In this document: positions 24,368-31,861 of the stretch, piece by piece
Layout of the letters: each line of letters begins with the position of its first letter
Numbering within the stretch: position 1 is the first letter of the stretch
From: a bacterium
GTDB lineage: Bacteria > Chloroflexota > Dormibacteria > Aeolococcales > Bog-877
Direction: 5' to 3'
Assembly: GCA_021844355.1 (NCBI GenBank)
Contig: JAKBTP010000117.1
Coordinates: 1-44,611 of the forward strand
Length of the DNA: 44,611 nucleotides
Position numbers and translations under genes: made by a program
Notes under the pieces: generated by a model
Told to the model about the DNA's origin: nothing
The model's input: the letters and a program-made list of their open reading frames with translations, nothing else
The model's database searches: none

Positions 24368-25148
24368 GGGACCAGGAGGGTGGTCGCCGCTCCTTGAAGG
24401 CGGAGATCCCCTCGCGGGCCTCCTCGGCGGAGAAGAGGCGCTCCGAGAGGGCCACCATCTGCTCCAGCGCCTCTTGGCGGCCTAGCCTGGGCACACGGGC
24501 CAGGAGCCTCTTCACCTCGGCCTGGGCCTGCGGGGCGCCGGCCAGCAGCTCCGAGACCAAATTCGCCACCTCGCGGGAGAGCTCGGCCTCCGGGACTACC
24601 CGGCTGAGCAGCCCGGCTCCCAGAGCCTCCGCCGCGCTGAACGTCCGGCCGGTCAGGAATAGCTCCGAAGCCCATGCGGGGGTCATCCTGGCCAGCACCG
24701 CAGGCGCGATCACCGCCGGGGCCACCCCCACCCGGACCTCGCTGAAGGCGAAGGTGGCGGACTCGGCCGCCACCGCCAGGTCACAGGCCGCGACCAGCCC
24801 CATGCCCCCGCCGCGGACCGCTCCCGCGATCTCGGCCACCACCGGCTTGGGACAGTCGAGGATCGCCTCCAGGATGGGCGCCAGGGCCCCGGCCCCCGGG
24901 CTCCTGCCGGTGCGGGCTCGCGCCTCCTCCTGCTCTCCCAGGTCCGCCCCGGCGCAGAAGGAGGTCCCGGTGTGCCCGAGGGCCACGACCCGGACCAGGG
25001 GGTCCTCCGTGGCCTGCCGCAGCGCTGCCCGGAGCTGGTCCAGAAGCAGGCGGGAAAGGGCGTTGCGGTTGGCGGGGGAATCCAGCGTGACCACCCCCAC
25101 GCGCCCCGCCACCCGGTACCCCACCAGCCGCTCTTCAGACACCATCAC
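24363..25148 (-). CDS. enoyl-CoA hydratase/isomerase (crotonase) family protein
   Basis: The sequence reads VGVVTLDSPANRNALS...VVALGHTGTSFCAGADL...KPVVAEIAGAVRGGGMGLVAACDL. Confidence 0.9.
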   Translation of the reverse strand: MMVSEERLVGYRVAGRVGVVTLDSPANRNALSRLLLDQLRAALRQATEDPLVRVVALGHTGTSFCAGADLGEQEEARARTGRSPGAGALAPILEAILDCPKPVVAEIAGAVRGGGMGLVAACDLAVAAESATFAFSEVRVGVAPAVIAPAVLARMTPAWASELFLTGRTFSAAEALGAGLLSRVVPEAELSREVANLVSELLAGAPQAQAEVKRLLARVPRLGRQEALEQMVALSERLFSAEEAREGISAFKERRPPSWSR

Positions 25149-25199
25149 TTCCTCGCCTCGAGAACCGGACCCCGGGATGGTAGCGGAACGTGCGGGCGA

Positions 25200-27608
25200 T
25201 CACACCCGGCGCACCAGGTCGCGCTCCAGGCTCTGGCACGCCTTTTGCACGTCGGCGTGGAGGTCCCACCCCTCCAGCGCCCCCTCCAGCTGCCGAGCGA
25301 GGGTGAAGCAGGCCTTGGTGGCGCGCAGGGCGTCCCCGGGGTCCACACCCGGCGGGGGCTGGAGGGCGGTCAGGGCGACCCCCCGGCTCCATTCGTACAC
25401 GTAGCCGACGTGGTCCAGGGAAGGGGGGCGGCACTCCCGGATCTGCCAGCGCGCCTCCAGCCTGGCCAGCTCCGCCTGGGCCCGGGACAGCCTGCGGGCG
25501 ATCTCCTCCAGCCGCCGGGTGGGAAGGCGCCGGCGCGGGGGCGCGCGGTCCGGGTTGCGGTCCTCCCCGGCCAGCATCACCAGGGCGCCGCACAGCTCAG
25601 GGGTGGAGAGGTCGGCCCACCACCCCTCGGCCACCGCCTGGGCGACCAGGAGCGTGTTCTCGCCGTACACGGCGGCCGCCAGAAGCCCCATCCGGGTGGG
25701 GTGGTCCTGGACCAGGAAGCCCGTCTCTGTCAGCACCTCACGATAGGCCCGGAACTGCCTCCGGTACTCGTCGCGCCGCGCGGCGGCGGTCTCCTCCGCG
25801 CCGGTGATGGCGGCGGCCAGCTCACCCGTCTCCTCGCGGGCCGCCCGGTGGGCGGGCAGGAAGGGGCAGCCGCGGCAGGGGAGGGCGGTCATCCTTCGCT
25901 CCTGCTCCCGCAGCTGGCGCCGGGCCCGCTCGAGCTGCCCGCCAGGGTCCCGGGCGTCCCTGCCGTACCGTCCCTCACGCCGGTCGCGGAAGTGCTGCCG
26001 GCGCAGCAGGCGGGCCTCGGCTCGGGCTGAGGCCGCCAGCCGCTCGGCGCTCAGGTAGCGGCTCAGGGTGCGCTCGTCACAGGCGGCCCTGGGATGCCGG
26101 AACCGGCTCCGCCGGAGGTCCTCCAGGCGGGCCTCCAGATTGGGTCGCCGCCGGGCCACGTTCTCCAGCGCTCTTAGGCGCTGGAACTGTCCGAACGATT
26201 GCTCCAGGAGCTCCTCGGCCTCCCCGGGGCTCCGCCGCCGGAGCAGGTTCAGGGTCATGTTGTAGGTGGGCGCGAACTTGGACTCCACCGCCATGTCGTT
26301 GCCCAAGAGGGTCTCGCAGATAACACCCAGGTCGACCTCGGGATCCCGCAGGATGACGCCGTGGCCGATCTCGTCGATCCCGCGGCGACCGGCCCGCCCC
26401 AGGAGCTGGGTGAGCTGTCCGGAACGCAGAGGGCTGAACCCCTGGCCGTCGAACTTGGTGAAGGTGGAGATCACGCAGGCTCGGGCCGGCATGTTGAGGC
26501 CGAGGGCCAGCGTCTCGGTGGCGAACACCACCTTGAGCAGGCCGCGCTGGAAGAGAAGCTCCACGGTCTCCTTGACGTAGGGCAGAAGGCCGGCGTGGTG
26601 GACCGCTATCCCCGCGCGGAGCATGGTCATGTTCAGCGAGGAGCTGTAGACCGCGGCCTCCTCGGGGTCATCCACCGCGCTCAGCCGGTCCGCCAGCAGG
26701 TCGTCGACCAGGAACTTCTCCTCCAGCGAGTTGAGGTCCAGGCCGTGGGTGGCGCAGCGGGAGAGCGCCTCCTGGCATCCCCTTCGGGAGAAGATGAAGT
26801 AGATGGCGGGCAGCATCCGCTGGGCGGCCAGCTCCCGCAGGATCGCCAGCAGATCGTTGTCCGCCGCCAGCACGACCCGGTTCCCGCCGAACCGGCGGTC
26901 CCCCTCGGCCTCGCGTTCGGCCGCTTCCAGAGTCCTGCGGTCCAACTTGCCGTCGGGGCCGAGGAGGGGGAGCAGTCGGTTGCCGACCCCCAGCCAGGTG
27001 ACCAGCTCCACCGGCCTCTGGGTCCTGACCACGACCGCGGTGGGGCCACGGCGCTCCTCCATCCACGCCGCCACGTCGTCCACGTTGGTGATGGTGGCCG
27101 ACAGCCCGATGAACCGGATGTGCGGGGGGGCCTGGACTATCACCTCCTCCCAGACCGTGCCCCGGGGGAACTCGTCGATGTAGTGGACCTCGTCCAGCAC
27201 GACCCAGCCCACCCGGGCCAGGGACGCCGGGTCCTCGTAGATGAGGTTGCGCAGGATCTCGGTGGTCATCACCACCACCCGGGCTGAGGGGCGCACCGAG
27301 GTCTCCCCGGTCACCAGACCCACCGTGTCCTCCCCGTACCGCCGGCAGAGGTCCTGGAACTTCTGGTTGGACAGCGCCTTGAGCGGCGAGGTGTAGATCG
27401 CCCGCTCCCCGCCACGGCGCAGGCAGTCCCAGATGGCCCACTCCGCGATCACCGTCTTGCCGCTGCTGGTGGGTGCGCTGACCAGAACCCCGCGGTGGGT
27501 CGAGAGGGCCTCGACGGCCTGGCGTTGGAAGGGGTCGAGTCGGAAGGGGAGGGTGGCCTCGAAGGCCTCGAGCCCGGGATCCTCCGGCCCCGAGGTCGGA
27601 GGGGTCAC
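25200..27608 (-). CDS. helY: Ski2-like DEAD/DEAH-box RNA helicase (HelY-type)
   Basis: The sequence reads F.LDPFQ..A...GVLVSAPTSSGKTVIAE, LDEVHYI, GLSATI, ...HHAGLLP..K..VE.LF..GLLKVVFATETLALGLNMPAR, GRAGRRG. A C-terminal DSHCT-like region follows. The GTG start overlaps the lgt stop (GTGA). Confidence 0.9.
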   Translation of the reverse strand: MTPPTSGPEDPGLEAFEATLPFRLDPFQRQAVEALSTHRGVLVSAPTSSGKTVIAEWAIWDCLRRGGERAIYTSPLKALSNQKFQDLCRRYGEDTVGLVTGETSVRPSARVVVMTTEILRNLIYEDPASLARVGWVVLDEVHYIDEFPRGTVWEEVIVQAPPHIRFIGLSATITNVDDVAAWMEERRGPTAVVVRTQRPVELVTWLGVGNRLLPLLGPDGKLDRRTLEAAEREAEGDRRFGGNRVVLAADNDLLAILRELAAQRMLPAIYFIFSRRGCQEALSRCATHGLDLNSLEEKFLVDDLLADRLSAVDDPEEAAVYSSSLNMTMLRAGIAVHHAGLLPYVKETVELLFQRGLLKVVFATETLALGLNMPARACVISTFTKFDGQGFSPLRSGQLTQLLGRAGRRGIDEIGHGVILRDPEVDLGVICETLLGNDMAVESKFAPTYNMTLNLLRRRSPGEAEELLEQSFGQFQRLRALENVARRRPNLEARLEDLRRSRFRHPRAACDERTLSRYLSAERLAASARAEARLLRRQHFRDRREGRYGRDARDPGGQLERARRQLREQERRMTALPCRGCPFLPAHRAAREETGELAAAITGAEETAAARRDEYRRQFRAYREVLTETGFLVQDHPTRMGLLAAAVYGENTLLVAQAVAEGWWADLSTPELCGALVMLAGEDRNPDRAPPRRRLPTRRLEEIARRLSRAQAELARLEARWQIRECRPPSLDHVGYVYEWSRGVALTALQPPPGVDPGDALRATKACFTLARQLEGALEGWDLHADVQKACQSLERDLVRRV

Positions 27609-28450
27609 GCCGGCGGCGGCTCCACCGCCGGGAGCGCCGCCTTCTCCCGGGGCCGGTTGGTGCGCCGCCAGGCGTAGATGAGGGGCGGGATACCCAGCAC
27701 CAGGACCCCGATCGAGGTGAGCTGGGCCTGCTTCAGCCCGAAGGCGATGATGGGCACGTTGACCGGGTCGCGGAGGAAGAAGATGCCGATCTGGGTTATC
27801 GGATAGAGGATGAGGTAGGCGATCCCCACCCAGCCGTCGGGGACCCCCCGGCGGCGCAGGTAGACGAGAAAGCCCAGGACCAGCAGGATGACCAGGGCCT
27901 CATAGGCGGCCGCCGGCTGGTAGGCGACCCCCAGCCGGGGGGCGAAGGCATGGGGATTGGTGTACTCGGTGGCCCAGGGGAGATTGGAGGGGTAGCCGAG
28001 GATGTCCCCATTGATGATGTTGCCGATCCGCCCGATGGGCTGGCCGACGGCGGCGAACAAGGCGGCGGCATCCAGCAGCACCCAGAAGTTGAGCTTCTCC
28101 CGCCAGGCCAGGAGGAGCATGGTGAGGGCGGCCAGGAAGATGGCCCCGAAGAACGCCATGCCCCCGTTCCAGAAGGCGAAGATCTGCGCCGGATGGGTGA
28201 GGTAGTAGAGCGCCCCCGATTGCAGGTCGTAGAACAGCCGGCCCCCCACCAGCCCGGCCACCACCGCCCAGAAGGCGATCCAGCTCGCCTTGCCCCTGGG
28301 GATCCCGTGCCGCTCGGCGTAGGGGAGGGCCACCTGGAGGCCCACCAGGATGGCCACCGCGTAGCCCACCCCGTACCAGTGGATGGTCAGCGGCCCGAGT
28401 TGGAAGACGGGGTCGATGCCGATCTTGATGACCGCCACCACTGGGCTCAT
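27605..28450 (-). CDS. lgt: prolipoprotein diacylglyceryl transferase
   Basis: The sequence reads IHWYGVGYAVAILVG...GRLFY...FWNGGMAFFGAI...GRIGNIINGD. It is polytopic. Confidence 0.9.
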   Translation of the reverse strand: MSPVVAVIKIGIDPVFQLGPLTIHWYGVGYAVAILVGLQVALPYAERHGIPRGKASWIAFWAVVAGLVGGRLFYDLQSGALYYLTHPAQIFAFWNGGMAFFGAIFLAALTMLLLAWREKLNFWVLLDAAALFAAVGQPIGRIGNIINGDILGYPSNLPWATEYTNPHAFAPRLGVAYQPAAAYEALVILLVLGFLVYLRRRGVPDGWVGIAYLILYPITQIGIFFLRDPVNVPIIAFGLKQAQLTSIGVLVLGIPPLIYAWRRTNRPREKAALPAVEPPPA

Positions 28451-28779
28451 ACGTTGATCACCTCGATGTCCTGGCGGGTGAGGATGGCCTCGCCGCCACC
28501 GGCGTCCTCGGCCACCCAGTCTGCCACCTGCTGCAGGAGGCGGTCCGCCACCCTCCGGTCGTTGCTCACGCAGCTGACCCCGATCACCGCGAGCTGCCAG
28601 CTGTCCAGCTGGTCCACCTCGGCCACCGACACATTGAAAGCCCTCCGCAAACGGGCGGTCAGAGACCCCACCACCTGCCGCTTGGCCTTCAGCGAGTGGC
28701 TGAGCGGCAGGTGCAGCGTGAGCTGGAGGCTTCCCACCACCACCCGGGTAGTGTAGGAGCTGGCTTCGAGGGCTCTCAT
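28447..28779 (-). CDS. DUF503 (YlxP-like) protein
   Basis: The sequence reads VVVGSLQLTLHLPLSHSLKAKRQVVGSLTARLRRAFNVSVAEVDQLDSWQLAVIGVSCVSND. It has ATGA overlaps on both sides. Confidence 0.75.
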   Translation of the reverse strand: MRALEASSYTTRVVVGSLQLTLHLPLSHSLKAKRQVVGSLTARLRRAFNVSVAEVDQLDSWQLAVIGVSCVSNDRRVADRLLQQVADWVAEDAGGGEAILTRQDIEVINV

Positions 28780-29390
28780 CGGGCCCGGCGCAGCATCTCC
28801 ACCGCCACGTTGGAGATGCGCTCCTGGCCCACGGTGGTGGTGGCTCCGTGCCCGGGGTAGACCACCGTGTTCTCGGGAAGGGTGAGGAGCCGGGAGAGCA
28901 CCGAGGTCAGCTGGCGGGCCAGGTCCTGGTCGGGAAGGTTGGTGGGCCCGATGTCGCCCTGGCGCAGGGTGTCACCGGTGAACAGGTGGTTCCCCACCTT
29001 GAAGCAGAGGCTGCCGGGGCTGTGCCCGGGGGTGGCCAGCACCTCCAGCTCGAAGTCCCCGAAGGGGAGGCGGTCCCCGTCCTGCAGGTAGCGCTCCGCC
29101 GAGCGCAGGTAGCCGGTGGCATCCAGAAGGCTCATGGCGGTGGCCCCACCTACCGCCTCCCTGACCTGGTCCTTGGCCCCGGCGTGGTTTCGATGCCCAT
29201 GGGTGAGCACGATGTGCATTACTTCCAAACCCTGGCACTGGGCCACCACCTTTTCGGCCTCGGCACCGGGGTCGACCACCACCGCCTGGCCGCTGCGGGC
29301 GCAGGCGATGACGTAGCAGTTCGAGTCCTGGGTTCCGGTGACCCGGACCCGGGCGATCTTGAGGCGGGGCCGGGCCGACTCCGTGCTCAG
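28776..29390 (-). CDS. MBL-fold metallo-hydrolase (hydroxyacylglutathione-hydrolase-like)
   Basis: The sequence reads HIVLTHGHRNHAG...ATPGHSPGS...TGDTL...YPGHG. The conserved N-terminus (KIARVRVTGTQDSNCYVIACARSGQAVVVDPG) lies upstream of the first GTG at 29282. The start is therefore non-canonical or uncertain, and I placed it at a CTG that overlaps the upstream stop as CTGA. Confidence 0.75.
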   Translation of the reverse strand: MSTESARPRLKIARVRVTGTQDSNCYVIACARSGQAVVVDPGAEAEKVVAQCQGLEVMHIVLTHGHRNHAGAKDQVREAVGGATAMSLLDATGYLRSAERYLQDGDRLPFGDFELEVLATPGHSPGSLCFKVGNHLFTGDTLRQGDIGPTNLPDQDLARQLTSVLSRLLTLPENTVVYPGHGATTTVGQERISNVAVEMLRRAR

Positions 29391-29725
29391 AGGCGCTGTC
29401 CCCGCTGGTCCACCAGCTTCTGCCGGAGCGCCTCCAGCTGCTCGAACTCCTCCAGCGGGGGCTTGGGCAGCCGCTGATAGGAGTGCGGGAACTTGGCGTG
29501 CTGCAGCGCGGCCACCAGTGTCTCCACCTCTTCGTCGGTGAGGCGGTACAGATGCCCCTGGGGCACCACGTCCGGGACGGCCTCGGTGACCAGGGGAACG
29601 GGATACTCCTCCTTCCCCATGGCGGTGGCGGGGTCCACCGGGTCCTCAGGTGTCTCCCGGGGTGGAACCCTGGTGGGCTGGAAGAGCTGGGCCGAGCCGC
29701 TCAAACTGGCGCGCTTGAACGCCAT
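29387..29725 (-). CDS. hypothetical 112-aa protein (disordered Pro/Glu-rich N-terminal half, helical C-terminal half); candidate ParA partner
   Basis: The ATG lies 1 nt after the parA-like stop, with GGAGAGG inside the parA end. The sequence reads MAFKRASLSGSAQLFQPT...LYRLTDEEVETLVAALQHAKF...LEEFEQLEALRQKLVDQ. I do not recognise a family. Confidence 0.55.
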   Translation of the reverse strand: MAFKRASLSGSAQLFQPTRVPPRETPEDPVDPATAMGKEEYPVPLVTEAVPDVVPQGHLYRLTDEEVETLVAALQHAKFPHSYQRLPKPPLEEFEQLEALRQKLVDQRGQRL

Positions 29726-29726
29726 C

Positions 29727-30533
29727 TCAGTGCCTCTCCTGGGACTGGTCCATCACATGCTCGGCCAGGCTGCGGTAGGCGGCGGCGCCATCCGAGTCCC
29801 TGGCGTACTGGAGGATCGACTGCCCCGCCAGCGGGCATTCCGCGAAGCGGATGCTGTCCCCGACCTGGAAGGGGTACACCAGCTCCCCGAAGTGCTCGGT
29901 CACGTCCCGCAGGACCTCGTTGGCGTGCACCGTCCGCCCCTTGTGGATGGTGGGGAGGATGCCGTGGATGCGCAGCCGGGGGTTCAGCTTGGTGCGCACC
30001 CGGTCGATGGTCCGCTGCAGCTGCTCCATGCCCTTCATGCCGAAGTACTCGCACTGCAGCGGGATGATCACCTCGGTGGCCGCCACCAGTGCGTTGATCG
30101 AGAGCAACCCCAAAGAGGGGGGGCAGTCGATGATCATGTAGTCGTACTCGAGGCGGAGGGGGTGCAGCTTCTCGCGGAGAACCGACTCCCGGCCGATCTC
30201 CGTCACCAGCTGGAGCTCGGCACCTGCCAGCTCCACGTTGGCCGGCAGGAAGTCGACGTTCACCCCTGGCGAGTAGAGGCGCACGTCGGCGGCGGTGACG
30301 TTGTGCTCGCAGAGCACGTCGTAGACCGTGAGGCGAAGGTCGTCCGGCTTGGCCACCCCCATGTTGACCGTGAGGTGGCCCTGGGGGTCGAGGTCGACAC
30401 AGAGCACCCGGGCCCCACGCTCGGAGAGCGCCGCGCCCAGGTTGACCGCGGTGGTGGTCTTCCCCACTCCGCCCTTCTGATTGGCCACGGCGAAGACCTG
30501 GGGCTCGGAGGTGGGGTGGTGGTTCGAGGACAT
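29727..30533 (-). CDS. parA: ParA/Soj-family P-loop ATPase (orphan; no parB in the window)
   Basis: It has the deviant Walker A motif VFAVANQKGGVGKTTTAVNLGAAL, then VLCVDLDPQG, then YDYMIIDCPPSLG. Confidence 0.9.
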   Translation of the reverse strand: MSSNHHPTSEPQVFAVANQKGGVGKTTTAVNLGAALSERGARVLCVDLDPQGHLTVNMGVAKPDDLRLTVYDVLCEHNVTAADVRLYSPGVNVDFLPANVELAGAELQLVTEIGRESVLREKLHPLRLEYDYMIIDCPPSLGLLSINALVAATEVIIPLQCEYFGMKGMEQLQRTIDRVRTKLNPRLRIHGILPTIHKGRTVHANEVLRDVTEHFGELVYPFQVGDSIRFAECPLAGQSILQYARDSDGAAAYRSLAEHVMDQSQERH

Positions 30534-30564
30534 GACAGAGAGACCCTGCGGCGCCCGGCCGTGT

Positions 30565-30646
30565 CAGCGGCCGAAATAGGTGCGCGCTGCCGCTATCATA
30601 TGGCGGCCCCGGTGGGCGGGGGACGCGCGGCCGAATTGGGCGCGCA
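30565..30646. promoter_or_regulatory. two copies of a ~21-bp imperfect palindrome in the parA / TPR-gene divergent intergenic region
   Basis: The first copy is CAGCGGCCGAAATAGGTGCGCGC (30565-30587). The second is CGCGCGGCCGAATTGGGCGCGC (30625-30646). They share the core GCGGCCGAAnTnGGnGCGC, and each is roughly dyad-symmetric around an A/T centre. Confidence 0.4.
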
Positions 30647-30711
30647 GGGCGCCCAGCGGTCGCCCCCGCTCCCGGAACCCCACTTCCAACTAGTTTGCAG
30701 GAGGCAATGCA

Positions 30712-31569
30712 GTGTCCGACGTAGGCGACCACGCCCGGACAAAGCTGGAACTGGTGCAGGACGCCGTCCAGATGGCCCTGTCGGCCCGCTGGGAGGAGGC
30801 GGTGAGCGCCAACTTGGAGATCCAGGAGCGGTTTGGCGAGGACGAGGAGACCGCCAATCGCCTGGGCAAGGCGCTCATCGAGACGGGCCGCTTCGACGAG
30901 GCCCAGGAGGCCTACCGCCGCGCCCTGGCCCTCAACCCGCTGAATCAGATCGCCAAGCGCCAGCTCTCCAGGCTGGACGAGCTGATGCAGGGTCGGGCCG
31001 CCGCCGTGCCCGGTGAGGCCGCCCTTCCACCGCGCTTCTTCACCGAGGAGCCGGGCAAGACCACCATGACCCGCCTCACACCGTCGGCCCGGGTGGACCC
31101 GGCCCAGGTGGCCGCAGGGGATCCGGTGGAGTTGGAGCTGGGAGACGGCGAAGTGGTTGCCCGGACCGTCCGGGGAGTACCCCTTGGGGCCCTGGAGCCG
31201 AGGCTGGCTCAGCGCGTGCGCCATCTGGTCTCACTGGGGAACCGGTATCAGGCGGGGGTGGTGAGGCTGGAGGGCGGGGCCGTCAACGTCCTCATCCGCG
31301 AGGTGCACCAGTCCCCGGAGGCGGTGGGGACGGTGGCGTTCCCGGTCCGCAAGGGGCGCGAGGCCGAGTATCGCCCCTACGCCAAGGAGGCGCTGATTTC
31401 CCGGGACTCCGAGCCGCTCCAGATGGACGACGACGACCAAGAGCTGGTGGGGACGGCGCCCGTCCGCACCGAGCTCGACGAGGGCTTCGGCGAGTTCGAG
31501 GACGGCGACGAGGCCGACGAGCCAGTGGTAGACGACGAGGACCTGGAGGAGGACGAGGAGGAGTTCTGA
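30712..31569 (+). CDS. TPR-repeat protein with a central beta-rich domain and a poly-acidic C-terminal tail
   Basis: GTG 30712 has AGGAGG 7 nt upstream. The N-terminal TPR-like helices read ANRLGKALIETGRFDEAQEAYRRALALNPLN. The tail reads DDDDQELV...EFEDGDEADEPVVDDEDLEEDEEEF. Confidence 0.7.
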   Translation: MSDVGDHARTKLELVQDAVQMALSARWEEAVSANLEIQERFGEDEETANRLGKALIETGRFDEAQEAYRRALALNPLNQIAKRQLSRLDELMQGRAAAVPGEAALPPRFFTEEPGKTTMTRLTPSARVDPAQVAAGDPVELELGDGEVVARTVRGVPLGALEPRLAQRVRHLVSLGNRYQAGVVRLEGGAVNVLIREVHQSPEAVGTVAFPVRKGREAEYRPYAKEALISRDSEPLQMDDDDQELVGTAPVRTELDEGFGEFEDGDEADEPVVDDEDLEEDEEEF

Positions 31570-31728
31570 CCGGGGGCGGCGGCCCGGAGCTTATGCGAGC
31601 GACGCGAGGACCTGCCGCGGCAGCTCGAATTTGATTTCCCCGTTCAGGCCCGGCCTCCACGACGGGCCAGGTGTCGACCAGGGGGCGGGGGGTCTCATGT
31701 CGTCCTCTGCCCCTGCCTTCTTCACCGG

Positions 31729-31750
31729 CCAGCTGACACACCAGCTGACA
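31729..31750 (+). repeat. tandem direct repeat CCAGCTGACA-CA-CCAGCTGACA abutting the -35 element
   Basis: I read it directly. Each unit contains the palindrome CAGCTG, and the repeat period is 12 nt. Confidence 0.6.
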
Positions 31751-31755
31751 TCTTC

Positions 31756-31784
31756 TTGACAATGTGGCGCGATGCTGTTACAAA
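31756..31784 (+). promoter_or_regulatory. near-consensus sigma-70-type promoter TTGACA-N17-TACAAA
   Basis: TTGACA lies at 31756-31761, followed by a 17-nt spacer and TACAAA(T) at 31779-31785, with TG two nt upstream of the -10. It sits in a locally AT-richer stretch upstream of the secreted-protein gene. Confidence 0.6.
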
Positions 31785-31861
31785 TCGCTGGCCATCCCTT
31801 CACTTCACGGTCGATTGCCGTGGTGTTCGGTCGCTCTCCAGCATCTGAGGAGGCCCAGCCA

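Noticed and set aside
29318-29332. A tRNA-like T-loop sequence (GTTCGAGTCC) occurs here.
   Set aside because: No acceptor, D or anticodon stems can be drawn around it. It also lies within the conserved N-terminal coding region of the MBL hydrolase on the opposite strand.
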